DNA of 64,000 nt from an uncultured virus (IMG/VR IMGVR_UViG_3300030044_000012) (Duplodnaviria; Heunggongvirae; Uroviricota; Caudoviricetes), in IMG/VR virus record IMGVR_UViG_3300030044_000012. One strand, given 5' to 3'. Positions within the stretch are counted from its first letter, which is position 1. Each line of letters starts with the position of its first letter. The position numbers were made by a program, and so were the translations under genes. The notes beneath the pieces were generated by a model. It saw nothing but the letters and a program-made list of their open reading frames with translations, searched no databases and was not told the origin of the DNA. Positions 37,522-46,700 of this stretch are shown here, one piece after another.

Positions 37522-37938
37522 TTAGGAGCTTTTTTGATGAACACTAATCACCTCGGTTTCAAGTTTCGCTTTGACTTCTTCCGGCACCCATCCGATACCC
37601 TGTATCGAATCGTAAACTGTCCCACTAGACTTCACTGCCCCATCACGAACTAATAAACGTAAGCTACCATCCTTCACTCGAAGTACAGTACCTGCCGGGA
37701 CATCCTCTGTTGGGTTGTTGGCCTTCCTCCAACCATTGCAGTGACATTTGTATTGCAAAAAAATGGGGAGAGGGCATAGCTGTCCCGGATGCAATCGGGC
37801 ATGGTCTCCGCAGCACCTACGGGGGTTACAAGGCGGGGTACACCCACCAACCCACACAGAGCCCTCTTTCACCATGCGGGTCGCCTCTGAGCCGCTACGT
37901 GCCATTTTGAGAGCCGTCAATGCCTTGACTATTTTCAT
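37522..37938 (-). CDS. Stand-alone S4-like RNA-binding domain with Cys-rich insert
   Basis: IVKALTALKMARSGSEATRMVKEGSVWVGG...NPTEDVPAGTVLRV matches the S4 pattern (SxSEARRLIxxGxVxVNG...GxVLRV). Confidence 0.6.
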   Translation of the reverse strand: MKIVKALTALKMARSGSEATRMVKEGSVWVGGCTPPCNPRRCCGDHARLHPGQLCPLPIFLQYKCHCNGWRKANNPTEDVPAGTVLRVKDGSLRLLVRDGAVKSSGTVYDSIQGIGWVPEEVKAKLETEVISVHQKSS

Positions 37939-38464
37939 CTTGATTTTTCAGCAGCCCGTCGCTTTGCCGCTGCCTCACCCGGTTCCACTGCTGTCCACAC
38001 AACGAGATTAAGTTTGGCTGCTAGTGCTTTCACCATCTCGAACACCTTTGCAGCTTCAACCTTATTCATTATCATGCCCATGACGTTCTAACCAAAGCGT
38101 CTTACATGCTAATCTCAGGCGTTCACGATATTCATGATTGTCGGAGTATAGGTAATCTACAATTGCGTCGATTAACCCCACTTTTGTCTTAGCACGTAAT
38201 ATCATCTCTGTTGTCTCGACTCTCGGGCTTCTTCTTTCTCAATCTCACGTTCAAGAACACAGTCGGGGCAGATACGTTCTCTGCCGACCGGCTCAAACGG
38301 CTCAGTACAGTCCTTGCACTTACGAAATCTGACAGTGCTCATCGAGCCAGCCCTCTGGAGTTCTAAGTTTCATGCTTTCACCCTAAGAACCCAGCAGCCA
38401 ATCAAGGCCGACAACGTCAGACCAGCCGCTACTCCCGTTAAAAACCAGATAACATTTTCAGCCG

Positions 38465-38902
38465 TCATGCTGCCCTCGGCATAATGATGTGGACTGGCTT
38501 CTCTTGCTTCTTCGCATAGCGAACGGTTGTCCATGTTCCAGAACGAGTTTGTTCCTCACCGGCTGGTGTTGCAATCATGGTCTCAACCGCGTTGACAATG
38601 TCGTGGTCGCGCTTGATGAAAGGCTTCACTTCATGCATCACATCGTTGAAGGGTGTGAACGCTCTATACATCGTGTTGGTCTTATCCCTCGGGTGGCCGG
38701 GGTGACATACCATAATGAAACCAAACTGCTTTGCAATCGCAGCCGCCTGAGCGTCAGCGCCAATACAATCGCCATGATGGAAGTGAGTATACCCATTATC
38801 CTTCAAGTAGCGGAGGTATTCGGCAAATTCCAGTTTCTGGTTGGGTTGCATCCCAATTTTCGTCCCGGTGAAACCGACGTGCTTTCTCACGTTCTCGCTC
38901 AC
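38465..38902 (-). CDS. SLOG superfamily (DprA/YspA-like) protein
   Basis: VGFTGT, HHGDCIGADA, RDHDIV, RSGTWTTVRYA. Confidence 0.8.
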   Translation of the reverse strand: MSENVRKHVGFTGTKIGMQPNQKLEFAEYLRYLKDNGYTHFHHGDCIGADAQAAAIAKQFGFIMVCHPGHPRDKTNTMYRAFTPFNDVMHEVKPFIKRDHDIVNAVETMIATPAGEEQTRSGTWTTVRYAKKQEKPVHIIMPRAA

Positions 38903-39139
38903 GTTTAAGCTCCATTCTCCTAAGCAAGGCTTTCGGGTTCTTCGACAGAGTGTAGATTATCTGTCCCCAGTTCTTGGGGTTATCCCGCCACTTTTTCTGA
39001 ATACGTTTTTTCTTGGATCGAGGGAACCTTAGTTGGACATTCGGTGGGCGAGAGATAGGATGGAGGTAGGAGGCTAGTGCCTCCCAAACCCACCATGGAG
39101 GGAGTATCTCTCCCTCCGGGATTATCATGTCGTCGGCCA

Positions 39140-39598
39140 TTATGTCTCCAAGGGGAACTCATCAAGAGGCGGTCGCAAATACCTGTTGACCAATCTCACG
39201 AAGAAGGGGATGACGTGGAAACTTTGCCGCTCCGGTGCCAGTACAGGTATCTCCGGTTCAAGTATGACCGAAGGGTCAGGAGGGACATCATCGAGGGCAA
39301 CAGCCGTATCAGAAACAACCGGGATTGCTGAGTCACCGCTCAATAAAGCGGCTTCAGTTAGGCCGACAGGCTTCTGCCGACTGTCTGGGTACACTGTTTT
39401 GTCCAAGGTACCCGACGCGGCTCTCTCACATAGAATCATCAGATGGCCGGTGCCACAGGCTGCTCGTTCCTCGGGTTTGAGAGCAGCCGATGCTTTCAAA
39501 GGTGTGGTGGAGAACCCGCCATCTTTCTTTCGAAAAATCATCCACCATCCATTTGCTGGTGGTTGTCTGAATGCAGCACAAATCTCACATTGAACCAT
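39140..39598 (-). CDS. Hypothetical protein with N-terminal zinc finger
   Basis: CEIC...ACGTGH. Confidence 0.6.
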   Translation of the reverse strand: MVQCEICAAFRQPPANGWWMIFRKKDGGFSTTPLKASAALKPEERAACGTGHLMILCERAASGTLDKTVYPDSRQKPVGLTEAALLSGDSAIPVVSDTAVALDDVPPDPSVILEPEIPVLAPERQSFHVIPFFVRLVNRYLRPPLDEFPLET

Positions 39599-39620
39599 AG
39601 TAGTTATCGTACCATACCTT

Positions 39621-39977
39621 TCATTGTCGTGGTCGTTTGGCGTTCGGTGGGGTTAGTTGCATAGCAGCTACAGCCAACTTGTCTTTCCAAGTATCTGGCG
39701 GTGGTGCCGAATCAATGCTTAAAGGTTGCTGACTGGGTTTTCGTTTTAGGCGCTTTTCACGCCTCTCTCCGGGTGTACCTCGATCAGGTGGGTGAACCCC
39801 TAAAAGCGTCTTCAAGACCGCCAGCGCATTGTCATACGCAAGTGGACACTCAGGGGTGCTGGAGGTTGTGAACGTAAACCCACTGGGGAAGCGGTATACC
39901 TTGTGTTTTCTTTGTCGTACCAGCACGCCACCATGCTCTTCTATCAACCGTTCCAATACGGTTTTCGGGTCGGCCAT
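39621..39977 (-). CDS. HicA-like (dsRBD-fold) protein
   Basis: LIEEHGGVLVRQRKHKVYRFPSGFTFTTSSTP; SD AAGGAG. Confidence 0.5.
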   Translation of the reverse strand: MADPKTVLERLIEEHGGVLVRQRKHKVYRFPSGFTFTTSSTPECPLAYDNALAVLKTLLGVHPPDRGTPGERREKRLKRKPSQQPLSIDSAPPPDTWKDKLAVAAMQLTPPNAKRPRQ

Positions 39978-40017
39978 GGGACACTCCTTTCCTTCCGAGT
40001 AGTATACCATGCCAAAT

Positions 40018-40048
40018 GAAAACGACCTGAGAATTTTTCTCAGGTCGT
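40018..40048 (-). terminator. Intrinsic terminator
   Basis: ACGACCTGAGAA/TTCTCAGGTCGT 12-bp stem followed by TTTCATTT. Confidence 0.7.
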
Positions 40049-40071
40049 CCTTGGATTAACCCGTTAACACC

Positions 40072-40335
40072 TTACTTTTTCTTCCTTGAATCTGCTGTCG
40101 GAACTGACTTTTGATGTTCAGTCTCGCGGTATACCTTCGGTTCGCCACATGCAACCATGATGGCGGTCCGATAGGCACGACGGCATGTTGTAAGAGGAAG
40201 CTCCTCTACCAGCGTGGTTTCAAAGACCGGGGTGCGGTCGTGACCAAGCTTCTGCTTAATCACTGGCAGGATGGCATTGTACTCATCGTAGGGCTTTTCG
40301 GTGAGCGACAGGATAGATTGTGTTTCAGGTTTCAT
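40072..40335 (-). CDS. Hypothetical protein
   Basis: ORF track. Confidence 0.55.
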   Translation of the reverse strand: MKPETQSILSLTEKPYDEYNAILPVIKQKLGHDRTPVFETTLVEELPLTTCRRAYRTAIMVACGEPKVYRETEHQKSVPTADSRKKK

Positions 40336-40372
40336 GGTATGCCTTCCGAGTAAAGTTCACAGCTATGAACCT

Positions 40373-40963
40373 CTAATACTCGAAATGACGACTGAAATGA
40401 TGCTCGACATATCGGCTCACACGCAATTGGAATCTTTTTCTTTCATGTGCCGTGGCCGTGGTGAATCCAAATTTTTTGGCAAGAAAATGAGGGTTTTTGA
40501 CCTTACCCTTCGCTGTAGATTTAAAAAGGCTAGTCACACACTCATCAATCAGCATCCACTTCGTAGGGTCTATAACCACAGGGGCTGCGGTGCCCAAGGA
40601 GCAGGTGTCTCTTTCCATGGCATCTAAATGTCGTTGAGTACGGTAAGTCTGAAGGAATCGGTTGACGATGATTATCATGAATGCCTTGAAATGAAGGCAG
40701 CAACTCATACTGGATGGGCATTGTGATTCATCGTACATCTGAATTCGATCAACACAATGACTATGCTTGCCCGGTGGTACCCGCAGGAGCCACAAGTATG
40801 TCTCTTGGACATACTCCTCAAAATCGGCCTCGAATACGGTGTACTTATCACTGGTTCGATGGTTATTATACCGAAGGAAATTTTTCACTAGATTGGGCAC
40901 CAACCTCGGGCACCGTTCTATCAACTCCTGAAAGTCCCTTGGTGGATTCTTAAATGGAGGCAT
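40373..40963 (-). CDS. Sigma-70 region-2-like protein (divergent)
   Basis: FQELIERCPRLVPNLVKNF...DFEEYVQETYLWLL...YDES...FKAFMIIIVNRFLQTYR resembles sigma regions 2.1-2.4. Confidence 0.5.
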   Translation of the reverse strand: MPPFKNPPRDFQELIERCPRLVPNLVKNFLRYNNHRTSDKYTVFEADFEEYVQETYLWLLRVPPGKHSHCVDRIQMYDESQCPSSMSCCLHFKAFMIIIVNRFLQTYRTQRHLDAMERDTCSLGTAAPVVIDPTKWMLIDECVTSLFKSTAKGKVKNPHFLAKKFGFTTATAHERKRFQLRVSRYVEHHFSRHFEY

Positions 40964-41091
40964 ACCTTAACTTACCACACAATGTTATCTCCTCACATTG
41001 CCGAACACGTCGCAAGTAGGACAACTGTAGGGTGGGGTGTTAACGTCTGGATTGCCACAGCAGGTCGGGCAGGGAATTTTGCCAAACCATT

Positions 41092-41283
41092 TCATACTGC
41101 CTTCTTTCGTGGTTTCATGGAATTCGCCACAAGCGCTTGTTTGACGGCTGCGGCGTGTCGCACGTCAAAAGGTAACTCTCGATCAACAGCAATCTCGTCG
41201 TACGCAGTGAACAGGGCGGACTTCTCGTCTTCCGCCAGCGTTCGCCCCTGCGCCCACAATACGCTCAGTTTCAGGGTGTTCAT
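41092..41283 (-). CDS. Small hypothetical protein
   Basis: SD GAGGCGG. Confidence 0.5.
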   Translation of the reverse strand: MNTLKLSVLWAQGRTLAEDEKSALFTAYDEIAVDRELPFDVRHAAAVKQALVANSMKPRKKAV

Positions 41284-41601
41284 ACCGCCTCACTTCCGCA
41301 TCATTTCTTTATAGTAGGCCGGGGGCCACACTGCGTACTGTTCCCGCTGGTACGGGTACTGACTGATCCCCTCGGGAAACATGCAGGTATGTGTCACCGA
41401 GGCGAAAACCGGGATTTGATAAAACACAATGCTCAAGACGCTCTCTTTTCGAAAAAGTTACGTTGGAGCCAGCTATCAGCATCGTACAAGCCAAAGTGAA
41501 CTGCAAGTGTCCGCAGTTCAATCATCTGTTCTTGAAGGGGGCCTTGATGTTGTGCCGGTCGCGGTAAGCGGCTGAGAGTTATGTCAAGGTCAAACTTTTC
41601 C

Positions 41602-41886
41602 CTACTGGGCATTTTGAACCTCTCGGTAGAGTTTACTGCAATCTGAGCAGCAATGAGTCAAGTGATGGTCAGTAATCTCCACCTTCAAATCCCATGCCAC
41701 CTTACGGCCACACAGAGAGAGGGTATCCGCACCCCCGTTGATTTTCCGGCCAGCAGGACCGAGAAGACGGATGTGCCATGGGGTATACGCCCCCGAAAAA
41801 ATTGTTTCACAAAAGGCGTAGGTTGGTGTCGGGTCGGCTTCAACCGCCTTTCTCGTTAACCATTTCCACAGACCGAAAAACCGCAT
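41602..41886 (-). CDS. Hypothetical Cys-containing protein
   Basis: WHI...SLCG...CSDC. Confidence 0.55.
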   Translation of the reverse strand: MRFFGLWKWLTRKAVEADPTPTYAFCETIFSGAYTPWHIRLLGPAGRKINGGADTLSLCGRKVAWDLKVEITDHHLTHCCSDCSKLYREVQNAQ

Positions 41887-42222
41887 TCAATCCTCCAAGG
41901 TGAGCCGCGAGGTTCCTCGCAGATGTGAACCCAAATCCTCCGCCTTTGCGGCCCGAAAAGCCTTTCTGGCTGCGGCAATGAGTTCAGGGTATTTCACTTC
42001 CGACAGAAACTGCTTCTCCCGAACACCCTTATCCAAAGCATTAACAGCAAGAGGCTTAAAGTAAAGTATCGGGTGGATAATCATCTCGTACGCTTGGTCA
42101 TCCACCACCTTCGGGTCGGCACCGAGGTTGAGCAGGTCAGATGTAATTTGGGCTAAGAGCGTCAAATTCCTCCGCACGCGGCGGTCGTTGGTCTTATAGT
42201 CACGGTTCGTTCCAAGTCCCAT
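41887..42222 (-). CDS. Hypothetical protein (predicted leaderless)
   Basis: ATG 6 nt after TATACT. Confidence 0.65.
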   Translation of the reverse strand: MGLGTNRDYKTNDRRVRRNLTLLAQITSDLLNLGADPKVVDDQAYEMIIHPILYFKPLAVNALDKGVREKQFLSEVKYPELIAAARKAFRAAKAEDLGSHLRGTSRLTLED

Positions 42223-42228
42223 CCACGT

Positions 42229-42280
42229 AGTATACCGATACTGAGCTATTTCTAGCTACATATTTTTGAAATTTTTTCTT
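42229..42280 (-). promoter_or_regulatory. Class A promoter (TAGCTA-N18-TATACT)
   Basis: 18-nt spacer, A-rich upstream. Confidence 0.75.
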
Positions 42281-42394
42281 AACTTTCCAAAACTTAAGTA
42301 GAGTCCAAGCCCCCAACCACAAGGGCGACTCAGTGAACAGCACCACCGATGCCTTGGGCACCGCTCAGTCGCTGTCCGCTTAACGAGGGAGAAG

Positions 42395-42658
42395 ATGGCA
42401 AACCAATCTGGTTTTCAAACTAATACCACGATTCATGCTGCCTTCTGGTGGTATAAACCAGACCCCTCGATAGACCCCGTTGGTCGAGAAATCATGATTG
42501 AAATCAATGGGATACAAAAAGTTGAATCCAACCAACAACACACCAAAGTCTGGCTTTACTACGCAGCAAATAATGTATCGACATCGCAAGAGCCCTACAC
42601 CTTGGAGGGAGCCGTAGCCGCCGCCTTCATGACAGATATGGAGGCCCTCTTCTCATGA
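42395..42658 (+). CDS. Hypothetical protein, first gene of the virion module
   Basis: SD GAGGGAG. Confidence 0.7.
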   Translation: MANQSGFQTNTTIHAAFWWYKPDPSIDPVGREIMIEINGIQKVESNQQHTKVWLYYAANNVSTSQEPYTLEGAVAAAFMTDMEALFS

Positions 42659-42972
42659 GCACTGCTTGGAGTGTCCTTCTAAATAGAATCGACGGGCTTT
42701 CACATGTCTGGAAAGAGTGGCGTGTCAGTGTTGTAACCCAGTCCGAAGGATCAGCCTCTGCCGGTGCAATTCCTATGTTGAACTCAGGGGGGGTGCTGGA
42801 TCAATCGCTACTTCCTTCCTCTTCAGCCAATGGATATTTGATGCAGCAAAACGGTGTGGCTCTGCCTCAAAGAGACTACTTGAATTTTCAACTGTCGTTC
42901 ACTTTAGTAGACGACCCAACCAACAATAGCACCGATGTAACTCTGACAGCTTTAGATATGGGTACATTTTAG
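42655..42972 (+). CDS. Putative virion/fibre-associated protein
   Basis: IPMLNSGGVLDQSLLP motif common in fibre proteins; ATGA coupling. Confidence 0.55.
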   Translation: MSTAWSVLLNRIDGLSHVWKEWRVSVVTQSEGSASAGAIPMLNSGGVLDQSLLPSSSANGYLMQQNGVALPQRDYLNFQLSFTLVDDPTNNSTDVTLTALDMGTF

Positions 42973-42983
42973 AAAAGGAATCA

Positions 42984-43757
42984 ATGGCTCTTCAGCTTCC
43001 AATACAAATCTACAGAGGGTTGCTTAAAAACCTCGCCGATGCCGTTGCAACGACACCGGGGGTTCCTCTTTGGACTACAGATAGTCAAGAGTTGTATGTC
43101 TCAGATGGGGGTTCCTTTGCTCGTGCGGCCTCGGATACTAAAGTTTGGACGGTAGCTACTGTATCTGCTCTTCGCACGACTATACCAGCCGCCGGAGGTC
43201 ACGCCCTGCTTGGTGACATCGTCGTCAACACAGGTAACAACAGCACGTACCTTTTAACTGGATATGCTAACTCAATATGGCAAGCAGCAACGGAATATGT
43301 CCTTGGGGACAGTCTCATTGATGCCAACGGAAACCTCCAGACTGTTACGACGGCAGGAACTTCGAGTGGGACCGAGCCCTCGTGGAACACATCAGGAACG
43401 ACGGCGGACAACGGCGTGACTTGGACTGAAAGCGAAGGGTTTGTAGTAATCGCCTCGGCCAGTGGGGGTGGAGGCGGTACTTACAGCCTACAGGTAGAAG
43501 TCAACTTTGGGCCGATAACAGGCGAGAATAGCAACACCAGTGTTACAGTAACGGGACAATCATGGGTAGCCACTGATAGCGTCATTATTGCAAACCCATT
43601 TGCGGGTGCGACCGATGACCACAGTGCTGATGAAGTTGTGGCTGAAGGTCTCACAGCGTACATCGAAAATGTTGTCGCAGGGGTTGGATTCGATGTTGTA
43701 GCTTATGCCCCCAATGGTACATGGGGCGACTACTTCATCAACGTAATTGGGATGTAA
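42984..43757 (+). CDS. Putative virion protein with carbohydrate-binding (CBM5/12-like) module
   Basis: WQAATEYVLGD...NGNLQTVTTAGTSSGTEPSW; N-terminal PLWTTDSQELYVSDG fibre-attachment-like motif. Confidence 0.6.
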   Translation: MALQLPIQIYRGLLKNLADAVATTPGVPLWTTDSQELYVSDGGSFARAASDTKVWTVATVSALRTTIPAAGGHALLGDIVVNTGNNSTYLLTGYANSIWQAATEYVLGDSLIDANGNLQTVTTAGTSSGTEPSWNTSGTTADNGVTWTESEGFVVIASASGGGGGTYSLQVEVNFGPITGENSNTSVTVTGQSWVATDSVIIANPFAGATDDHSADEVVAEGLTAYIENVVAGVGFDVVAYAPNGTWGDYFINVIGM

Positions 43758-43774
43758 CTGAGAAAGGTAAAAAC

Positions 43775-46700
43775 ATGAGTATCGTTATTAAAAGTGGGGG
43801 CAGTGGAAATCTGGCTGTTGTAGATTCACAAGGGAGTCTGCAAGTAGCGTCTACTCCTGCGTCCATTTCATTCAACTCTACATCCTCACCTTGGACAAGT
43901 GCGACAGGCGTTAACGCCACTCAATCCCTATTAAGCAACGGGGGATATGCTGCTGTTCTCGTTCAATTCAACCAAAGCAGTGGTATCACAGGTGGGATAG
44001 CCACCATCGAAGTCAGCTACGATGGAGTAGATTGGTTCACACTTCCGGCTCAATTCCTGCTCGATCCTCTGACTTACGGTGAAACATCAGGAAACCCCTA
44101 TACCTTTACTTCCAGCACCAATCAAGCTTTCTTACTCATCAACGCTGGATTCCAACAAATACGAGTGAGATTGTCCACAGCTATCACCGGCAGTGGTCAG
44201 GTTGTGCTCTACTGGAATCTACTATCCACCAGCCCAACAATCAACTCCAGCACTGTGTTGGTAAGCAGCATTGCCGGGGCTCTTCCCGCAGGGTCTAATG
44301 TCATCGGCTCTGTGATTACCTCAGGAACCGGGGCTACAGGAAGTTCTGTGCCCTCTACCGCGACCTATGTCGGTTTTGATTCCAGTGGCAACCTCGTTGG
44401 AGTATCCTCTTCGAACCCGTTACCTATCACAGGTTCTATCTCTGCTTCGAACCCCAGCGTAGGGACGAACAGTGCAACCGCACCAGCTTCGTCAACTCAA
44501 GTTGGGTTTGTTTCTAGTGGTAACCTCGTCCCTGTAAGTAGCAGTGCTCCTCTCCCGATAACCGGCACTGTAAGTGTTTCTGGTACTGTTCCCGTTAGTG
44601 GTACATTCTGGCAAACTACTCAACCAGTATCTGGCACTGTAGCCGTATCTAACTTCCCGTCAACTCAGGCTGTGTCATGGTCAGGACAATCGGTCGGAAT
44701 TACCGGGACTGTTCCCGTTAGTGGTACATTCTGGCAAGCAACTCAGCCGATGTCGAGCACCCAACTCCCTGCGGCTCTCGACGGTTCTGGAAACCTCAAA
44801 GTTGCTGTAGAAAACTCTTCCCTTGCAGTCACAGGCACCTTCTGGCAAACAACTCAACCAGTATCTGGCACTGTCACAGCTAACCTCTCTGGAAGTATCA
44901 GCAACACAGCCTTTGGAGCAAATCAAGGTACGGCTGCTTCTGCCTCAGGTGCATGGCCGACGTACCTTACTGTCTCTGGATCAGCCGTTGATCCACGTCA
45001 AATTCGTGCATTAACCAGTTCTGACCAAGTTACCCTTGCTAACTCAAGCATTGCAGTAACTGGAACCTTCTGGCAAGCAACACAACCTGTGTCATGGTCA
45101 GGCCAATCAGTAGGTATCACCGGCACCGTTCCAGTCTCAGGCACGTTCTGGCAGGCAACCCAACCTGTATCTATCGCGGCTACAGTGAACACCAGTGACG
45201 CCGCAGATGGGGCTACGGGTTCCGTTGTGCCATCTCACACCACACAGATAGGCGGCTCTGATGGAACCGACCTGCGTACCCTTGCGACTGATTCCTCGGG
45301 TCAACTCAAAGTTCTGGTTGAGAACAGTCCAACAGTGGCTATATCTGGAACAGTGCCAGTTAGCGGCACGTTCTGGCAGGCAACCCAACCTGTATCAGGC
45401 ACGGTAACAGCCAACATCAGTGGTTCAATTTCAAATACAGCCTTCGGTGCTAATCAAGGTACCGCAGCCGCAGCTTCCGGTGCGTGGCCGATGTACACAA
45501 CCGTCTCTGGTACGGCTGTAGACCCTCGCCAAATTCGTGCGTTGACAAGTTCTGACCAAGTTACCATCGCCAACTCAAGCATCGCGGTTACGGGCACATT
45601 TTGGCAAGCCACACAACCTGTAAGCGGCACCGTTACCTCCAATCAAGGCACAGCCTCGGCTGGAGCTAAGTGGTCAGTACAGGTCGATAACTCATCCGCC
45701 ATTGCCGTCACCGACTCCGCTGCTGAAACATCATTGAGCACGCTGGCGGGGGCTGTTACATCGGCTCAGATGCAAGTCAATGTAACAAATACATCTATCC
45801 CTGTGACCGGCACGTTCTATCCGGCCACTCAACCTGTGTCAGGATCAGTTGCTCTTAATGCGGGGGCAAACACTATCGGCAGTGTTGTGCTAACTTCAGT
45901 GGGAGGTACACAATCCGGGGTCAACGCCACTGGACGACTTAATGTATCCACTGAATCAAGTCAGTTGTTTGTAGACACTTTTGACAGTACATTGGATACT
46001 GTAAACAACTGGATGACACCAACAGCATCTGGCGGCGGCGTAGTCTCTTCTGTAAGTTCAGGGTCGCTTGTGATAGGTACGGGTACCACATCAGCCGGGT
46101 ACTCTTATCTTCAGAGCAACCCAAACTTTCCACCTTCAGTTCCTTCCTATCTTACGGCTCAGTTCGTCATTAAACTAGAGTACCCGGTTACAACACAGAC
46201 TTACAGATTTTGGGGGTTTGGTACAACACCGGCCAGTCCCACAACAACTGCTCCTCTAACCAATGCGGTCGGATTTGAACTCTACACAGACGGCAAGCTG
46301 TATGCTGTCGTCTATGCTGGAGGCACTCGTACGGTTATTCAGGATTTCTCCGTAGCAACAGGAAACGGGTTACAACCCGCCGACTCCAATTTTCACCGTT
46401 ACTCAATGGCGTGGCGCTCTGACAAACAATTTTTCATGATTGATTCGAGTGATGCATCTGCGACAGGTAATTTTGTCTTCCCGCAGGTACAAACACTGCC
46501 ATTAAAGCTGCAAGCTATTGCGGGAACATCTCCCTATGCTTCTGGAACCATCACCCTGACAAGTGTTGGTGTTGGGGATTCTGGGGCTAATAACATCACA
46601 ATATCTGATGCCACCTACGGTTTCCGTGGGGCGACAGTGGATGCCAGTGGTAACCTTCATGTTAAATCCTCCTCACTAGATGGAACGATTCTCGACACTC

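Noticed and set aside
44590..45845. Diversity-generating retroelement TR/VR pair in the fibre repeats
   Set aside because: The copies are in-frame and internal, the differences are mostly synonymous rather than adenine-specific, and no reverse transcriptase is present in the window.
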